Shown here one piece after another: positions 27,986 to 42,461 of a DNA stretch of 64,000 bases. The stretch spans positions 62,558,001-62,622,000 of the forward strand of contig NC_043006.1 in NCBI RefSeq assembly GCF_006345805.1, read 5' to 3'. Source of the DNA: Octopus sinensis (Eukaryota). Each line of letters opens with the position of its first letter. Positions within the stretch are counted from its first letter, which is position 1. A program made the position numbers and the translations under genes. The notes under the pieces were generated by a model. It searched no databases. It was not told the origin of the DNA and saw nothing but the letters and a program-made list of their open reading frames with translations.

Positions 27986-29698
27986 AACATAGATATATGC
28001 GTGCGTATGAGTGTTTCTGCATTATATATAAAATTAGGAATAATAAGTTCATCACACTTAGAATATTAACCAGTGTTGCAAATATATATTTATTCAGTAT
28101 TTCAATAATTTAAGTGCTTTCATTATCACTGGGATGTTACAGCCGCATGTGAATATTAAAAGGGAGCGATTCACATTTATAGCAAATTCTCTTTATATTG
28201 CTTTTGAATACCTATTATACATCAGTGATCGTATCATTGCTTTAAAACAACTAATATTTGGCACTCTAAAATATATGAATTTCATATTATTTATTTTTCT
28301 CAGTATGGGTCGTATTGCAAGAACTACTTTCTCATAAACTGATGCATCGTGACCTCATAATACCTGACTTATCAACGTTTTTGTTTAGTTCAAATACAGA
28401 GTATTTATCAATCCATAAATCTATATCTCTATGGAATCTGACAGTTCGTTAAGATATGAAATATTCGTTTTACTTGTTGTATTAATATTAAGTTACCCAT
28501 TTAAAACAAACTTTTTTCTTCTACATTTTGTGAAGCATAAATCGTTATATTTTATGTTCTATTTGTATTAATTACATAAATCGATGCAGTAGATGATATT
28601 TCAATTTTTCAGCATTTATCAGTCTTTTGGTATCTATGATGTTTACTTTGCCCACATTATCAAAACATCTTTCACAGATCCACGTATGCAATGGTTTATG
28701 TAAAAATGTTTTTAGTATTCAAGGAATCAAGATTATAAGATGGGATTGTGGTATTGAAGCTCTGTTTTATTTTTCTTTCTAAATAAATTATGGGTATTTC
28801 TACTACATTGTTTATTTATTTTTGTGTCTCTAAATAACATTCTATCAATAGAAAGTATAATGTATGGGGTCTAACCATAAATCTTAACTAGAGAATATTT
28901 ATTCTCAACTAACAATTGATATAAAGTCTCGCAGAGAGCAGTTTGGTCATTATGAAGTAATGAACTTCAAATGTACTAATAGCATATGTAATTTAACCAC
29001 TTTGTTAAATTCAGTAGCTATATATGATATTATAAGCATATTATAATTACATGATATTATTATGGCTGACAAATGAAAGAACGCTCATAAGTTGGTTGCC
29101 TGTATCTCTCCAGAACTGTTGTACTATTTTCGTACTTTAACTTACGGTTAAGTTTTCTACCAATTTTTGTAGGTATGAGTCAGTTATCCGAGAAAAATAT
29201 TTTCAACGCCGTATTAAATTGCATGATCTGGTATTTTATCTGCATCGCTTTCGACGAATCTACTTTCATCGTACATTGTTTAATTCCCTGCTCGCTACCT
29301 ATTATATAACCTGAACTATGACAATCGTTAATCTGCAATGTTCGTACTTGGTAAATGTATTTGATGACACTGCCGAAATCATATTACTGAAGCCATACAC
29401 TCATTATCATGAAGTAAGCTTTTCGGAGTGCTTGCGCCAATTCCTTGTGTTCCTAGTTAATGCTTTGCTTTTATATACCTCCTTTATGATCATCTTTTTG
29501 ACGGAATACCTTAATTCATTACGGGTAAGGTATTCTATTGCCGGAGTTCTGTTGTTTTGTTTCATTTCTATTTTCTCTATAAAACATGTACACCAGTTAT
29601 ATAAATATTATATTTTAATTGATAATTGTTTGGCAAATTTTAATATTGGTATCTGTTGGGTTATTGAAAACTAGAATTTAAAAATACACTACTTCCTA

Positions 29699-30105
29699 GG
29701 CGTAGGAGTGGCTGTGTGGTAAGTAGCTTGCTTACAAACCACATGGTTCCGGGTTCAGTCCCACTGAGTGACACCTTGAGCAAGTGTCTTCTACTATAGC
29801 CTCGGGCCGACCAAAGCCTTGTGAGTGGATTTGGTAGACGGAAACTGAAAGAAGCCCGTCGTATATATGTATATATATATATGTATATATGTGTGTATGT
29901 GTGCCTGTGTTTGTCCCCCCAACATCGCTTGACAACCGATGCTGGTGTGTTTACGTCCCCGTAACTTAGCGGTTCGGCAAAAGCGACCGATAGAATAAAT
30001 ACTAGGCTTACAAAGAATAAGTCCTGGGGTCGATTTGCTCGACTAAAGGCGTTGCTCCAGCATGGCCACAGGCAAAGGACTGAAACAAATAAAAGAGTAA
30101 AAGAG
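29699..30105 (+). mobile_element. Full-length tRNA-derived SINE family B (CORE-like)
   Basis: A box TGGCTGTGTGGT, B box GTTCAGTCC, CORE-like ACCTTGAGCAAGTG, internal (TA)/(TG) tract and AAAAGAGT tail. Near-identical copy at 42066-42461. Resembles octopus OR-type SINEs (from memory). Confidence 0.9.
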
Positions 30106-31917
30106 TTCATATTTCAGAATGCTTAAAACAGATTTAACGGTCAAACATGTTTCTCTTTTTCCCAATTGCAATTAGACATATGCCATCAATATGTCCACAG
30201 TAAAGTTTGGAAATTGTTTATGAATATCTTCAGGTTCTAATTTTGTTCAAGATCACTTGGAAACATTGTCAAGCACTTTTTATATTTAACCTATCAGGAA
30301 AATTTCAATCAACCCACAAAGTTTCATATCAATATTGCTGGTAACGACGATGCCAGCCATGCCAAAAAGAAATACTTAATCTTCTAGTTTGTTATCACCC
30401 CCGAGCAAATCTTTTGAAACCATGTATCTAAATTTTTGTATGAAAGTTAGTATTGTTTATTGTTTTGGCGGAAGCCCCCAGGTGAGACGTGGGCTGGTTC
30501 ATTACTAATAAATAGTGAACAGACTCAGTCAGTAAGGTCAATCGGCGAAAATATGCCATTCGGTCCAGTCCCGCTGAGACAACGAAATACGACGCTATAA
30601 TAGGACATATCAGTGGCGATAGGGATTCGTAGCTCACGTAGTTAAAAAAAGACGCTGAAGAAAAAATCGTAGAGAAAAATATCAGAAATTCCGAAGTAGG
30701 ATTTGAAGTAACATAGTACTACACACAGCGAAAAATATATAAATTTTGAAGGAAACAAAAGGGTTGACACAGACAGTATGGTCAATCGGCGAATTTTTTT
30801 TTTTTTTGTGACAGTATTTTTTAAAATCTGTACGATTCCGTTTACATCGGTGTGATATTGTTATAATTCTTAAAGGTTTCCCCTCGTGGGTGTACAACGT
30901 TTTGCTCCTTGTTGTAATTGCTGTTTTCTCTAACGAGTTGTTGTTGAATTGTGTTTCTTCTTCTCAATTAAGGGAGAACCGGCAAAAGGAAGCATAATGG
31001 AAACCGAACTAGCAAATAGCCACCGTTATGCGGCTGCAACTGGCAGAGGCATAGAAGTAGAAGTTTTGGAAGTTAAGATGAACCAAGAAAGCTGAAAGAA
31101 AGTGACAAGCTTTTGGAAAGGAAGGTCACGACCTTAAATTAACTCTTCTAGTTGACTTAGCAAATGTAGTTAAAAAAAGGACAGTGATATACAAATCACT
31201 GAAGGTATATAGTTGGTCAAGTCGCAACTTCGAGGTTTCTCTAGCATACATGAACAATCGACTCGACCAGTCCGGGATGATATATCTATCAACACAGTTG
31301 AAATATCATCTTTAAATGGAACAGTCGCGAATAGAGAAATGTATCAATTCCAATGAGCTAGCTATTCCGCCTCTGCATCTAAAAGATGATCGCTGTGTTT
31401 AATGCAGGAAACAATGACCATGGTTCTTTATGTTCTAGTGGGTTTTTTTCTTTTAGAAATACTCTAACATTAGAGGGTTATTATTAAAATCAGAATGAGG
31501 AATAAATACAATTTTGATTTGTGCTGTATTTCATAGTTTTTTTTCATCACAAACATTTTCCCTTCTCAATAATATTTGTAACCATCAGAACGAATTGTAT
31601 ACTAATATAATTTAATGCAAGCATAAATCTCTATTACGGTAATGATAAACATGAAATCGCTCGCGTTTTTATTATTTTAATATAAATGTATATGCTTTTT
31701 TTTCTGTCTTCTCCCTTTTACATCGGAGATGCATTTAACTACAACTGTTTCCGCAGAACAGAAGTACTTCACTCACTGATAGCTGATCATATATATATAT
31801 ATATATATATACGTGTGTATGTATGTATGTGTGTAATTGTGATCTTTATACAATCATATTTGATTCGTTTACATTCTCATATGAAGCTGCGTAATACACC
31901 ACGCTATCCTCATATAA

Positions 31918-31986
<69 letters not shown>

Positions 31987-33879
31987 TAACTCATAATTGT
32001 GCTATGTACGAACATTCGTTGCAAAAAAGGGTTTTACTGACAATAAATTCCAATAAACAGAATCGATTATACCATCATATTATCTACAGTAACCTGGCGT
32101 TCAAGCATTCTAATACAATCTGATGATTTTGATTGGTACATATTCATGTACACGACTTGAAGGTTTTTTGCGGGCTTCAACTGATTGAATGATAGTGTAA
32201 ACACCAGTATATTCGATACGCTTAGCAAATATGTTTCTACATGTCTGCTTCAATTGTGCACTCACTGTATAGTAACGTTATATTGTTAAAATGCCAGTGA
32301 TCTGTTAGTAAATCTGCGATATTATACCTTGGGATAGATAAAACATATGACTAAAGAGCATTAAAGGAATGTGTTTTTCAGATCAATGTTTTTCAAATGT
32401 CAACTATCCCTCTATCACGACACGGCTGTTTTCATTTTTGCTCACAAACCTAGATTAAATCTTTTCAATATTTGTACAAAAATGGAATACTGTGATTGTT
32501 CTGATATTTAAATTCAATATGTAATCAGTCTGTTAGGAGAACAAGTGAGCGAATCAATAGTACGAGCATCTATCTGCAGAAGAGTAACCTGGGTGCTGCT
32601 CTAGAAGTAAAGGTGTCACTTCAAACCGAATGGCGACTTTCACATGTAAACACCTTTTTACCATTGTGCAAATACTGCTAGACGTTTACAGGCAATATTT
32701 CCACTGTGAAATGAAGCAGTATTTTGTTAGTCTGTACCCGTGCGTTCAAATTCCGCTTGAATACAAAATAGCATTTTTTTGACATGTAGCTCGCTGCTTC
32801 AATTTAACATCACATTATGTCGGGCAGAACAGACGCGTGTGACAATTTGTTCTAGCTCCGAAAATTCTCTCACTTTTCTTTTTTCATCCTTCCTCCCTTA
32901 TGTAAAACAGTAATATGAGCGAAGGGGCAGTGATTTTTTGCTATTTCTAGCATATCAAGGGATCACATGAAAGCACAACTGCTTGGTTTCAATTAATATG
33001 TTAAATGGTATAGAGCGGTAATAATTTTAAAAATCGTTAATTCCATGAATGTTTGTCAAATTCCTTTCACAGTATTGTAATTAATATTGTTCACACTCAG
33101 CTAGAGTGAAATTTGTCTAGACACCAGCAGACAATTAAAATCATTTGTGTGAAATACTCATTATTCAATATGAAAACCTTCAGCAAAAAATACAGAATTG
33201 CTGCTTATCTTTGGAAAATTATTTTCTGTCATTTCAGAATTGTATACATTCATATTTTAATGTCTCTATTAATATTGTATTATGTGGGCAGATATATAAG
33301 GAATGAACTCCGTTAATGCAATTTAACATCTACACGGGGGAACAAATTCTATATTCCCTTCCGGAGAATAAGTATGAGAAGTGGATGCATAAGAAAAGGA
33401 GAATGGTTCTCACGTAAAATTTCTGAGCGTAAATTTTCAGATCTTTACTCAACTATCCGTTAAATCAGTGATTCGTAAAGGATTTAAAGTTTTCATATGG
33501 GGCGAGATACCAAACAACAAAAAACAAGGTCAAGAGATTTTGATTGTTTTAAAAGTGAAGTTCAATGTCATTGTGGTAATGTCTATTATATTGAACTTAT
33601 AGATAAATCATAAGGTGTTTAAGACCCATTGAGATATATGACGATGTCTAAAAACTATTGTGCTAGCAGAAAACACAAGTATACAAAGAACACTATATTT
33701 AAACGAGAACTATGCAGAAATTAACGAGTAAACATATATGCGAATGAAACACATCTCACCGATGTGTATATGAGCTTGCGCGTATGTATAACTTTATTTA
33801 ACCTCAAGCACAAACACCCATCCATATATATATATATGTATATATATATAACATACATCTCTCTCTCTCTCTCTCTCTG

Positions 33880-33987
<108 letters not shown>

Positions 33988-34519
33988 TCTTTTATTCTAA
34001 GCGTTATTTTTCTTGTTCCATGTTTTGTCGTAAAAGTTTTCAATGCCAGTGGATAAAATTTTAGCTATCCTGATTCGTCAACTACTTTATTGATCACGGA
34101 TAGAGGAAGAATAAAAACAAATGTAAAGTAAAAAGCAAAAAAAAAATAATAATTAAGCATATGTAATGAAAAAAAAATGAGCGCATTGTTGTTAACACAA
34201 GGCAGTAAATTACAAAAATACGTCTTTAAAATGCCAGACAGAAGATAGGTAAAATCAAATCGTGCAATCTATAGTAAGTCACTTTACTAAATTGGTCACA
34301 TTAAACAAGCAGTGGATATTCAATTTGAATGCTTAACGCCGGTTTTATTTTAGGCATCAGAAACATTATGTAAAATTATTCTGCCTTTTCATCTGTTTTA
34401 GAACCATAAATGTGTGTGTGTGTGTGTGTTTCTTTAAAAGTTTCAGCTCGCGAGAGAATGGCATATTAATTGAGCAAATATTAAATATGAATATATATAT
34501 GCTTTTGCTGCTGTATTGA

Positions 34520-35440
34520 ACATGTGGTAGATTGTTGAGAGGTGTACTGTTTTTATAAAGTAGGGCGTGCGTTAGGTTGGGTGGTGAAGTCTGTGGTTGG
34601 ATGTGAAGATGTGGTTAAGGCAGGGTTGTGTGATGTCTCCGTCGTTGTTTAATTTATATGTGGATGCTGTGGTGAGTGAGGTAAATGACTTTGGTAGGGG
34701 AGCTCAAATGGTGGGAGAAAACGGAGAGAAATGGCCAGTGAGTTGTTGCATGCTGATGATACAGCACTGGTGGCGGATTCGGAAGAGCAACTGTGGAGAC
34801 TGGTGGCAGAGTTTGGAAGAGTGTGAGACATGGAATAACTGGTAGGATGAATGCGAGTATAAATGGTGTGAGGCTACAAGAGGTGAGTGTTTTTAAGTAT
34901 CTGGGATCAGATTTGACGGCGGATGGGGTTTGACTGAGGGTGGGGAGTAAGATACTTGGAGTTATGAAAAGTATGCAGAGAGATAAAAGATTGAGTATGA
35001 AAGCGAAAAGACGTGTGTATGTGGGCATGGCTATGCCGATAATGTTATATGGTGCAGAGATGTGGGGGACGGAGAGAGGCGAATAGGAGGCGAATAGATG
35101 TAGTTGAGATGTTTGAGGGATATGGTTGGTGTGACGGATGGACGGAATGAGGAATGAGCAGGTGTGACAGTGAACAGGAATGAGAGAAAAACTAAAATGG
35201 TTAGACGAATGTTGATGTGGTTTAGATACATGGAGACGATGAATGAGGAGCGCATGGTAAGGAGGGTGATAAAGGCCAAAGTGGTAGGCAGCAGAACCAG
35301 AGTCAGACCTCAGTTTGTGTGGATGGATGAATGGATGGATGGATGGAGTGAGGAAAGCTTGGGTGGTTAGAGGTGTTGGAGTGAGAGACGCAAGATAGTT
35401 TATAAATGATAGTGAAGCTTTGGAGAGTGTTTGTGAATGG
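34520..35440 (+). mobile_element. RTE-clade LINE reverse transcriptase 3' half (decayed)
   Basis: LRQGCVMSPSLFNLYVDAVV; after a frameshift HADDTALVADSEEQLWRLVAEFGRV; FKYLGSDL; MLYGAEMWG; LMWFRYMETMNEERMVRRV..GSRTRVRP..WMD. Confidence 0.92.
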
Positions 35441-36551
35441 ATGAGTGAATTTGATGTTGCTCAAAGGGGTACAGAACCAGCATGATGCTGCGGGGGTAAA
35501 TCAACACATATTGTCCGGGCCCGCTGCTGATGCTGGGGGTTGCGTTCTATTAATTATAACTCAACGTTTAAATCCGTCTGAACTCTGGGAACTATGACAT
35601 GCCTTATTCCTAGGTGGACTGACAGTACGAGACTTACTTTCAACTAGGGTTATTTATCGTTAACGTGACAAAATAGAGCTCTCATCCATGGACCATTACC
35701 ATATGTTCTAGATCCCTAGTTTGGTTCTATGCTGTTACTGTTTCCAATTATATCACCCGATGATGATAACAGAAACCCCTTCGAAAAGAAAGTATGCATA
35801 TAAATATTTTTGAAAATTTCCTCTGCAAAGATGAGGTTAATAGACAAACATTTTATAATCGTATTGGAAATGTTTGCTTATGCACAATATTTCCAATAGC
35901 TACGATAGAACTGATAACAGAAAAATAAAAAGTAACCTTTCAACGTTTTTCTGCTATCAATTCATGTTATGTTTCGTTTTTGTGCTTCTTTGTGTTTATC
36001 TTTGCTTTTGTGCTGTTTACAGTATCTATTCCGTTTAACAATAGTAGTGCTTTGAATGTATACATCTCCTTCCGACACTTGTAAGAAATTATATTTCTAG
36101 AGATCAACCAGTCTGAAGGAAATGTATAGACGCAAGTGCTTTATATATATTCTTGGTAAACATATGTAGTTGAAAGAAATGCTGCGTTTTGATTTTATTG
36201 TGGTCGAATTAATATTGTTTTGTATTTTGTCTTTGTAACCAGTCGGATGTATAATCTGACTACTTTATTATTTTACTGAAAGCGAAAGAGAGAGTCTTAT
36301 GTCAACCGATTAGGAACATTGACCAGACATTTGAGGATTTATTTCAGGAGGCAACTTATCAGTTGCTTGCAGGCTTTCGTTGTGTTGACAAATTTTTCAC
36401 TGGCTGCAATTACTTACGCTTCAAGTTAGTAAACGAGATTGTAGTCTTACATCTTTCATAAGCATTGTGACTATTTATGTTGTTTACGTTGATTCTATGC
36501 ATTCCGTAAGTATGTATGAATATTATTTATATCGATGTTAGTATTACTAAA

Positions 36552-36790
36552 TAATAATAGATGGATATAGGACATAGGTATCAAACCCAGTTCTGTACAG
36601 TTGCATAAAACAGCGTTATTAAGGACAACTAGAATACTTAGAAGGGTTCTTGGCATCTAAGCTTACTTGATGTAACCCGTTAGGAGGTTTCTTGGCATCT
36701 AAGGCAAATTGTTGTAGCCCGATGTTAGGTTTCTTTTCTTTTCCAGCAGTCTAATCTGTTGAGTGTACATGAATAATAATAATAATAATT
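36552..36790 (+). mobile_element. R4/Dong-type (RLE) non-LTR retrotransposon 3' end, copy 1
   Basis: IGIKPSSVQLHKTALLRTTRILRRVLGI* (stop 36658-36660), then a 3' UTR and (AAT)n tail at 36772-36789. Confidence 0.75.
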
Positions 36791-36792
36791 AT

Positions 36793-37031
36793 CATAAGAC
36801 CTAATTTAGTATAGCTCCAGAAAGCAGTGTTATTAGGGAGAGCTAGAATACTTAGGAGAGGTTTTGTCATCTAAGTTTACATGTTGTAGTCTGATGTTAG
36901 GAATTTTTCTCTTTCAACAGTCTAATCCGTTGTGCGTATAAGAAATAATAATAATAATAATAATAATGAGGATGATGATGATAACAACAAAAACAACAAC
37001 AATAATAATAATAACAATAATAATAATAATA

Positions 37032-37093
<62 letters not shown>
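36793..37093 (+). mobile_element. R4/Dong-type 3' end, copy 2, with long (AAT)n tail
   Basis: IRPNLV*LQKAVLLGRARILRRGFVI* (stop 36872-36874). The 3' UTR aligns with copy 1; (AAT)n runs 36944-37093. Confidence 0.75.
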
Positions 37094-38876
37094 TCACTGT
37101 GAGCAGTCATCAAAATCATACCTTACGATAATGTGAGCATAAGTCTACTCCTAGTCTATGCAACTTCAAATGTTGTAAAGTCGAGTCCAATACTTTTGTG
37201 ACTGGTAGTTGGGGTTACCTCGCGTGTCTTAGTACTTTTAAGCGTTTATGTTTCGTTTGTTTTGAAATTTATATCCTATCTTATGGTGTAACAACATATT
37301 TCGTAATGTAATTTCTTCCACTCTATCATAATTATAAATGCTCTAAGTGATACTACAAATAGGTGCATGGAAAAAACATATTTGACCTTACAAGCTATAA
37401 TTTCAGCAATATATTCTGGCATACATTTGTGTTTTAATATAAGTGAATTCATCAGACCTGAGTCGTTTCCCTATGCTATATATGTTTTATATTCTTTGTG
37501 TGTTATATTCCAATACAGTTGAGTGTTTTGTTATCTTACTTTGAAGATCAAGGATTTTGTTTTCATTTTAGTCCTAATATCAAATCAAACACAGTGCTCC
37601 TCTACTCTACATCTTCTGTATGCCTTTTAAATTTATCAAGTAACACACATTTTTCCAATTACTTGCCCTCATCCATTTGAACTATTTTCATTACAATTTG
37701 TTCCTTCCTATGATGGATTGATATTGAAGTCTATATTATGCCTTAATCCGTTCCGTGAAATTAATCCGTGAAATTGTGTATAAAAATACCTAGAACACCG
37801 AGCAATAGGAGAATACAAGAATGATTATGTACTTAAGTAATGGAAGGTGTATGCATAAATGCTAGGCATTGAGCAACTTATTTTGTCAAATATGAATGAA
37901 TGAGCAACATCAAGTTATGCTTTAGCTCGTAAACCTGGCTCTTAAACTGGCTCTTAAATTGGCTCTTAAAATATTCAATTTGCTAACTTCTAATACCTAA
38001 TCAGTTTCCCTCGTTAATTTTCCGCTTTTCAAAATGCGAACACAGCATAATAAAATATTTTTCATGTTTGTAATTTGTGTGAAAAAGTGAAACGTAATAT
38101 ACCAGATCATTAATGGGTTAACTTCAATAACTCCACAAGCACCAGCAAGATGCAGATTAATTCATTAAGACAAGATATTTGAAATCTAATGTAAAACAAT
38201 GATTTCCAATATAGTCACATGTTCACCCGGAATTGTTTATAATTTAGTAACCAGTAATTGACGTGTAAAACTTAATTGGCCGCGGTAGAGTCAATATTGG
38301 TAACGTTTCCACTAATGTAACTAATTCAATACCAGTAACTTTTTTTCTTGTATTTTTCTAGGCTGTTTTGAAAAGAGAATTAGGTCAGTGTATTCCACAA
38401 TTTAAAATCGAAAGACAATTGAGGTTCATTGAAGGCTTCAAGATGTTTTCAAAAAACATTGACCTTAATAAGAATTAGTGTAACAAAAATGGAAAAGATA
38501 TTGTGCAGGTAGTTTCTGAAAGTATTTTGTCTCCACTGACTATGGATTTCATGTGTCTTAACACGCAGTGCAATGAGAGATGCTTTACCGCGAGGAACCG
38601 TCGAACAACGAAAAAACGCGCACTGAATATGTGCGGTCGATAATATTTTAATAAGTTACTGGATTTAATCTTACGTATGTATCGTCGTAGAAGACCAGCA
38701 AATAGCTTTTACACTAGACTATTTATTTATATGTAGGAATACACTGTTGATTCAGTCCGTCCCCGATTTTATTCAGTCACGTTGCAAGTGTTTTAATAAG
38801 CCGTACACTGAGATACTTTTCGCAATGAGAAGGCGAACAGACAAAACACATACATCGCATTGACTATGTGCGGTTA

Positions 38877-38947
<71 letters not shown>

Positions 38948-39900
38948 AAGGAAAAGAAAGATAGAGAAAGAGAGTACAATTCCGTGATGGTAAGATCAAC
39001 AGCAAAAAGTACTCCATCTGGTGAGAGAAATGTATGATTTAATAAACAATATATTTGTTTCTATGTGCTACTATTAGTTTCATGTTGTGACATGTCAAAC
39101 GATTCTATAACTTCAATTGGGTACTGCATCAGGCAGTAATATACATAAAGAATTTATTCCGAAAAACATGGGTTTTTTAAAGAAATATATATTTTTTAGA
39201 TGAATGAGATCTTTTTCTTTCCACAATATAACGAATATCAGTTTTGTACAATATTATGAAAATCAACTTGAAATGTTTCTTGTAAAATTTACTATTGTTA
39301 CCACCACTTTAAACGATATATCTAAAATAGAGTGAATTCATATGATTTTATATACTTTAGGTGTTACTAAACCGAAGCCTTGGTACTTCTACTAGTATCA
39401 TATGCATTGGTGAGAATTTCTGCATGTATAGTGTTTGTAGTGAATAAAGAATGGTGTGTCTTGAAAGTTTGCTTCAGAAAAAATATTCATATCCTGGAAG
39501 TAGTCTGCAATGAATTTAATGGAAATTCTAATATATGTAGACTGGCAAAATATATAACCTCTGCTCTACCAGCGATTGCAACTGACCGTGAGAAAGAAGG
39601 TGGGATATTTTCGTGCAGTGAATAAATTTTGCGAATGTATATGTTTATTACAGAAGGACAATTTATTTCATTTGAGATAAGAGAAATTTATCGTGTGATT
39701 TTCCTTCCATAAGTGTCATCAGCACAGCGTTGCCCTACCATGACTCTAGGTAACTAAGACATGTGAAGAAAAAGTAGTGATTTGTGTTAGACTTATACAT
39801 ATACATGTTTCAGCGTGAGTGTGTTTTTGTGGGTCAGTGTGAGAGTGCATGTGTGTCTGTATTTGTGTGTGTGTATGTGTATGAGTGTGTGTGTGTATGT

Positions 39901-39934
<34 letters not shown>

Positions 39935-40812
39935 CTGTGACATCTCAGTCTATCTTTGAATTTTTGGCCCCTAGCCAGTGATATAACCATGTCTAGAAAA
40001 ATATATTTCTATTTAAAGCCAGCCTACTACATATATGAAGTATCTTGTCTCATAAATTCTACATTGTCATACCCATACAATGTCAATAATATTCAATGCG
40101 TTGTTGAGCTGCAAATTGCTTACATTAAATATACAACTATTTATGTCAGTTAATTACTTGCCTTACGCCTAAAGCAATATGACATATACAAGCTTCCCAA
40201 ATCTATAGTAAGTGCTCATGAGTGGATTGATAAAAGACAAACGTAAAACAAAACCAATAATTTTCTTTCTGAATTTATGTTTGACGCTTTCCATTCGATA
40301 AGCCGCTAGTAAAAGGAAGTCCAGTAAATAATGACAAAGAAGAAATAATCATTAAAACAATACTTCAAATCATAGAACAGCAAAGGTATTGACATTATTT
40401 TGGTAAAATTCCAAATGATCTCACTCAATGATTGCTGAATAGTCTTCTAAGTGTATTAGCTGAAAGCATAATCAATTAGATAATTATAAATGAAAGAACA
40501 GAGAAATATATGTGAGCAAGTACATTGGTAAATACTCTGTAGTGTAGTTGTTTCTAAGAGATGTAGTATGCATTTCCTCGTATTCTCTTTCCCAGTCAAT
40601 GTTTTCACTGTGACATTAAGTGGGCGCAGGTCAGTTTCAATGCACAAAACACTTAATTTACAACCTTGTAATTCTATGTTCGATCATATTGCGCCCAAAC
40701 TTGGGCGAGTATATTTTGCTATTTTACATGGATTGATCAATGCTTTGCAATTAGTATTTGCCAGAAAACAACAACGCTGCAACCTGCTGCATGCTGATAT
40801 ATATATATTTCT

Positions 40813-40956
40813 TTTTCTACTCTAGCAACAAGGCCCGAAGTTTTGTGGGAGGGGGGAGTCGATTAGATCTACCCCACTACTCAACTGGTACGTAATTTTT
40901 CGACCCCGAAAGGATGAAAGGCAAAGCCGAACTCGGCGGAATTAGAACTCAGAACG
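40813..40956 (-). mobile_element. SINE family A, 5'-truncated
   Basis: Core CGACCCCGAAAGGATGAAAGGCAAAG and tail TTTCTACTCTAG present. Confidence 0.85.
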
Positions 40957-41024
40957 TATATATATATGAAAGCAATAATAAATCTCTGAGCCAGGTATAC
41001 ACAGTAGCTGCACAACATCGTGAC

Positions 41025-41207
41025 GTATATTTTCCACTGAAATGTGGCTAACCCTTAAGGGTGAATGCCACTGTAGCTTGTAGCTCCAGGAGGACACCTC
41101 CTCCAGAAAGTGTGTCGATAGCCAGCTGGAGGAGGTGTCCTCCTGGGGCTACAAGCTACAGTAGCATCCACCCTTAAGGGCTAGCCACATTTAAGTGGCA
41201 AATATAC
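41025..41207. mobile_element. Foldback MITE with 82-bp inverted arms and 19-bp spacer
   Basis: Arms at 41025-41106 and 41126-41207 match at 76/82 positions (manual count). A related single-arm copy lies at 58818-58920. Confidence 0.9.
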
Positions 41208-42065
41208 TTCACAATATATATATACGTGTATATATCTATATATATGTATGTATGTATATACGGAGAGAGAAGGGGTGCGAAAGGGATAGTGAACAAATAA
41301 GAGAAAGATTGTGAGAGAGATGATGTTTATTCCAGTCGTTTACACTATTTCATAATCCTTTTAGTTATATCAATATTAGCACAGATGTAAAATATACACA
41401 TAAAAGTTTATATAAATAAATAATATGTGTGTGTACCTATGTATATAGAGGGGGGTGATATGGGAACCAAAAAAAACTAATCCTCAAAATTGTGCATTGT
41501 GGTTGGAAAACTCAACAGTACTACATAGACTAAGCTATATATATATATCAACTGGCAATGGACGCACTGAGAATGTTCTAATTTACGTTACGGGCCCAAC
41601 GATCATTGAACAATACAAAGTCAGAGGAAGAATGTGTATATAAATACACTAGAGTTAAAATCGAACAGAACGAAAATGTATGTCAAATAAAATCAAGAAT
41701 AATATAATTGATTCGGCAACGAAGTTGATGCCCAAGGAAGATATGGGTGCGAAGATAGAGCTAATTTCCAAAGAGAGGAAGGTTGACCAGTTTGATATCA
41801 ATTTAGATGAATAATAGAATAAGTGGATAAATAAATGAAATGAAATCAGTAATGTAAAACATATGGTTAATAAGAAGAGAGAAACAAAGTGTAAACAAAA
41901 TAAGTTTAAAAATATAGGTTTGAGTCAGAAAGGTGAGCTTGGCCTTTTGGAATTTCACACCCAGCGTGTTTTGCGGGAAAACAAGATGGTTTGAAGAACA
42001 TTGATGTGATATCAATTTACACACATATTGTGATAATCACAAGCACATTAACACGCATGTTCATA

Positions 42066-42461
42066 GGCGCAGGAGTGGCTGTGTGGTAAGTAGCTTGTTT
42101 ACCAACCACATGGTTCCGGGTTCAGTCCCACTGCATGACACCTTGGGCAAGTGTCTTCTACTATTGCCTCGGGCCGACCAAAGCCTTGTGAGTGGATTTG
42201 GTAGACGGAAACTGAAAGAAGCCCGTCGTATATATGTATACATATATGTGCGTGCATGTTTGTGTTTGTGCCCCCTAGCATTGCTTGACAACCGATGCTG
42301 GTGCGTTTATGTCCCCGTCACTTAGCCGTTCGGCAAAAGAGACCGATAGAGTAAGTACTGGGTATACAAAGAATAAGTCCCGGGGTCGAGTTGCTCGATT
42401 AAAGGCGGTGCTCCAGCATGACCCCAGTCAAATGACTGAAACAAGTAAAAAAGAGAGAGAG
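42066..42461 (+). mobile_element. Full-length SINE family B
   Basis: Colinear with 29699-30105. Confidence 0.9.

Noticed and set aside
38341-38515. Plus-strand exon candidate after a strong polypyrimidine acceptor
   Set aside because: The longest frame stops before the downstream donor and the peptide is unrecognisable.
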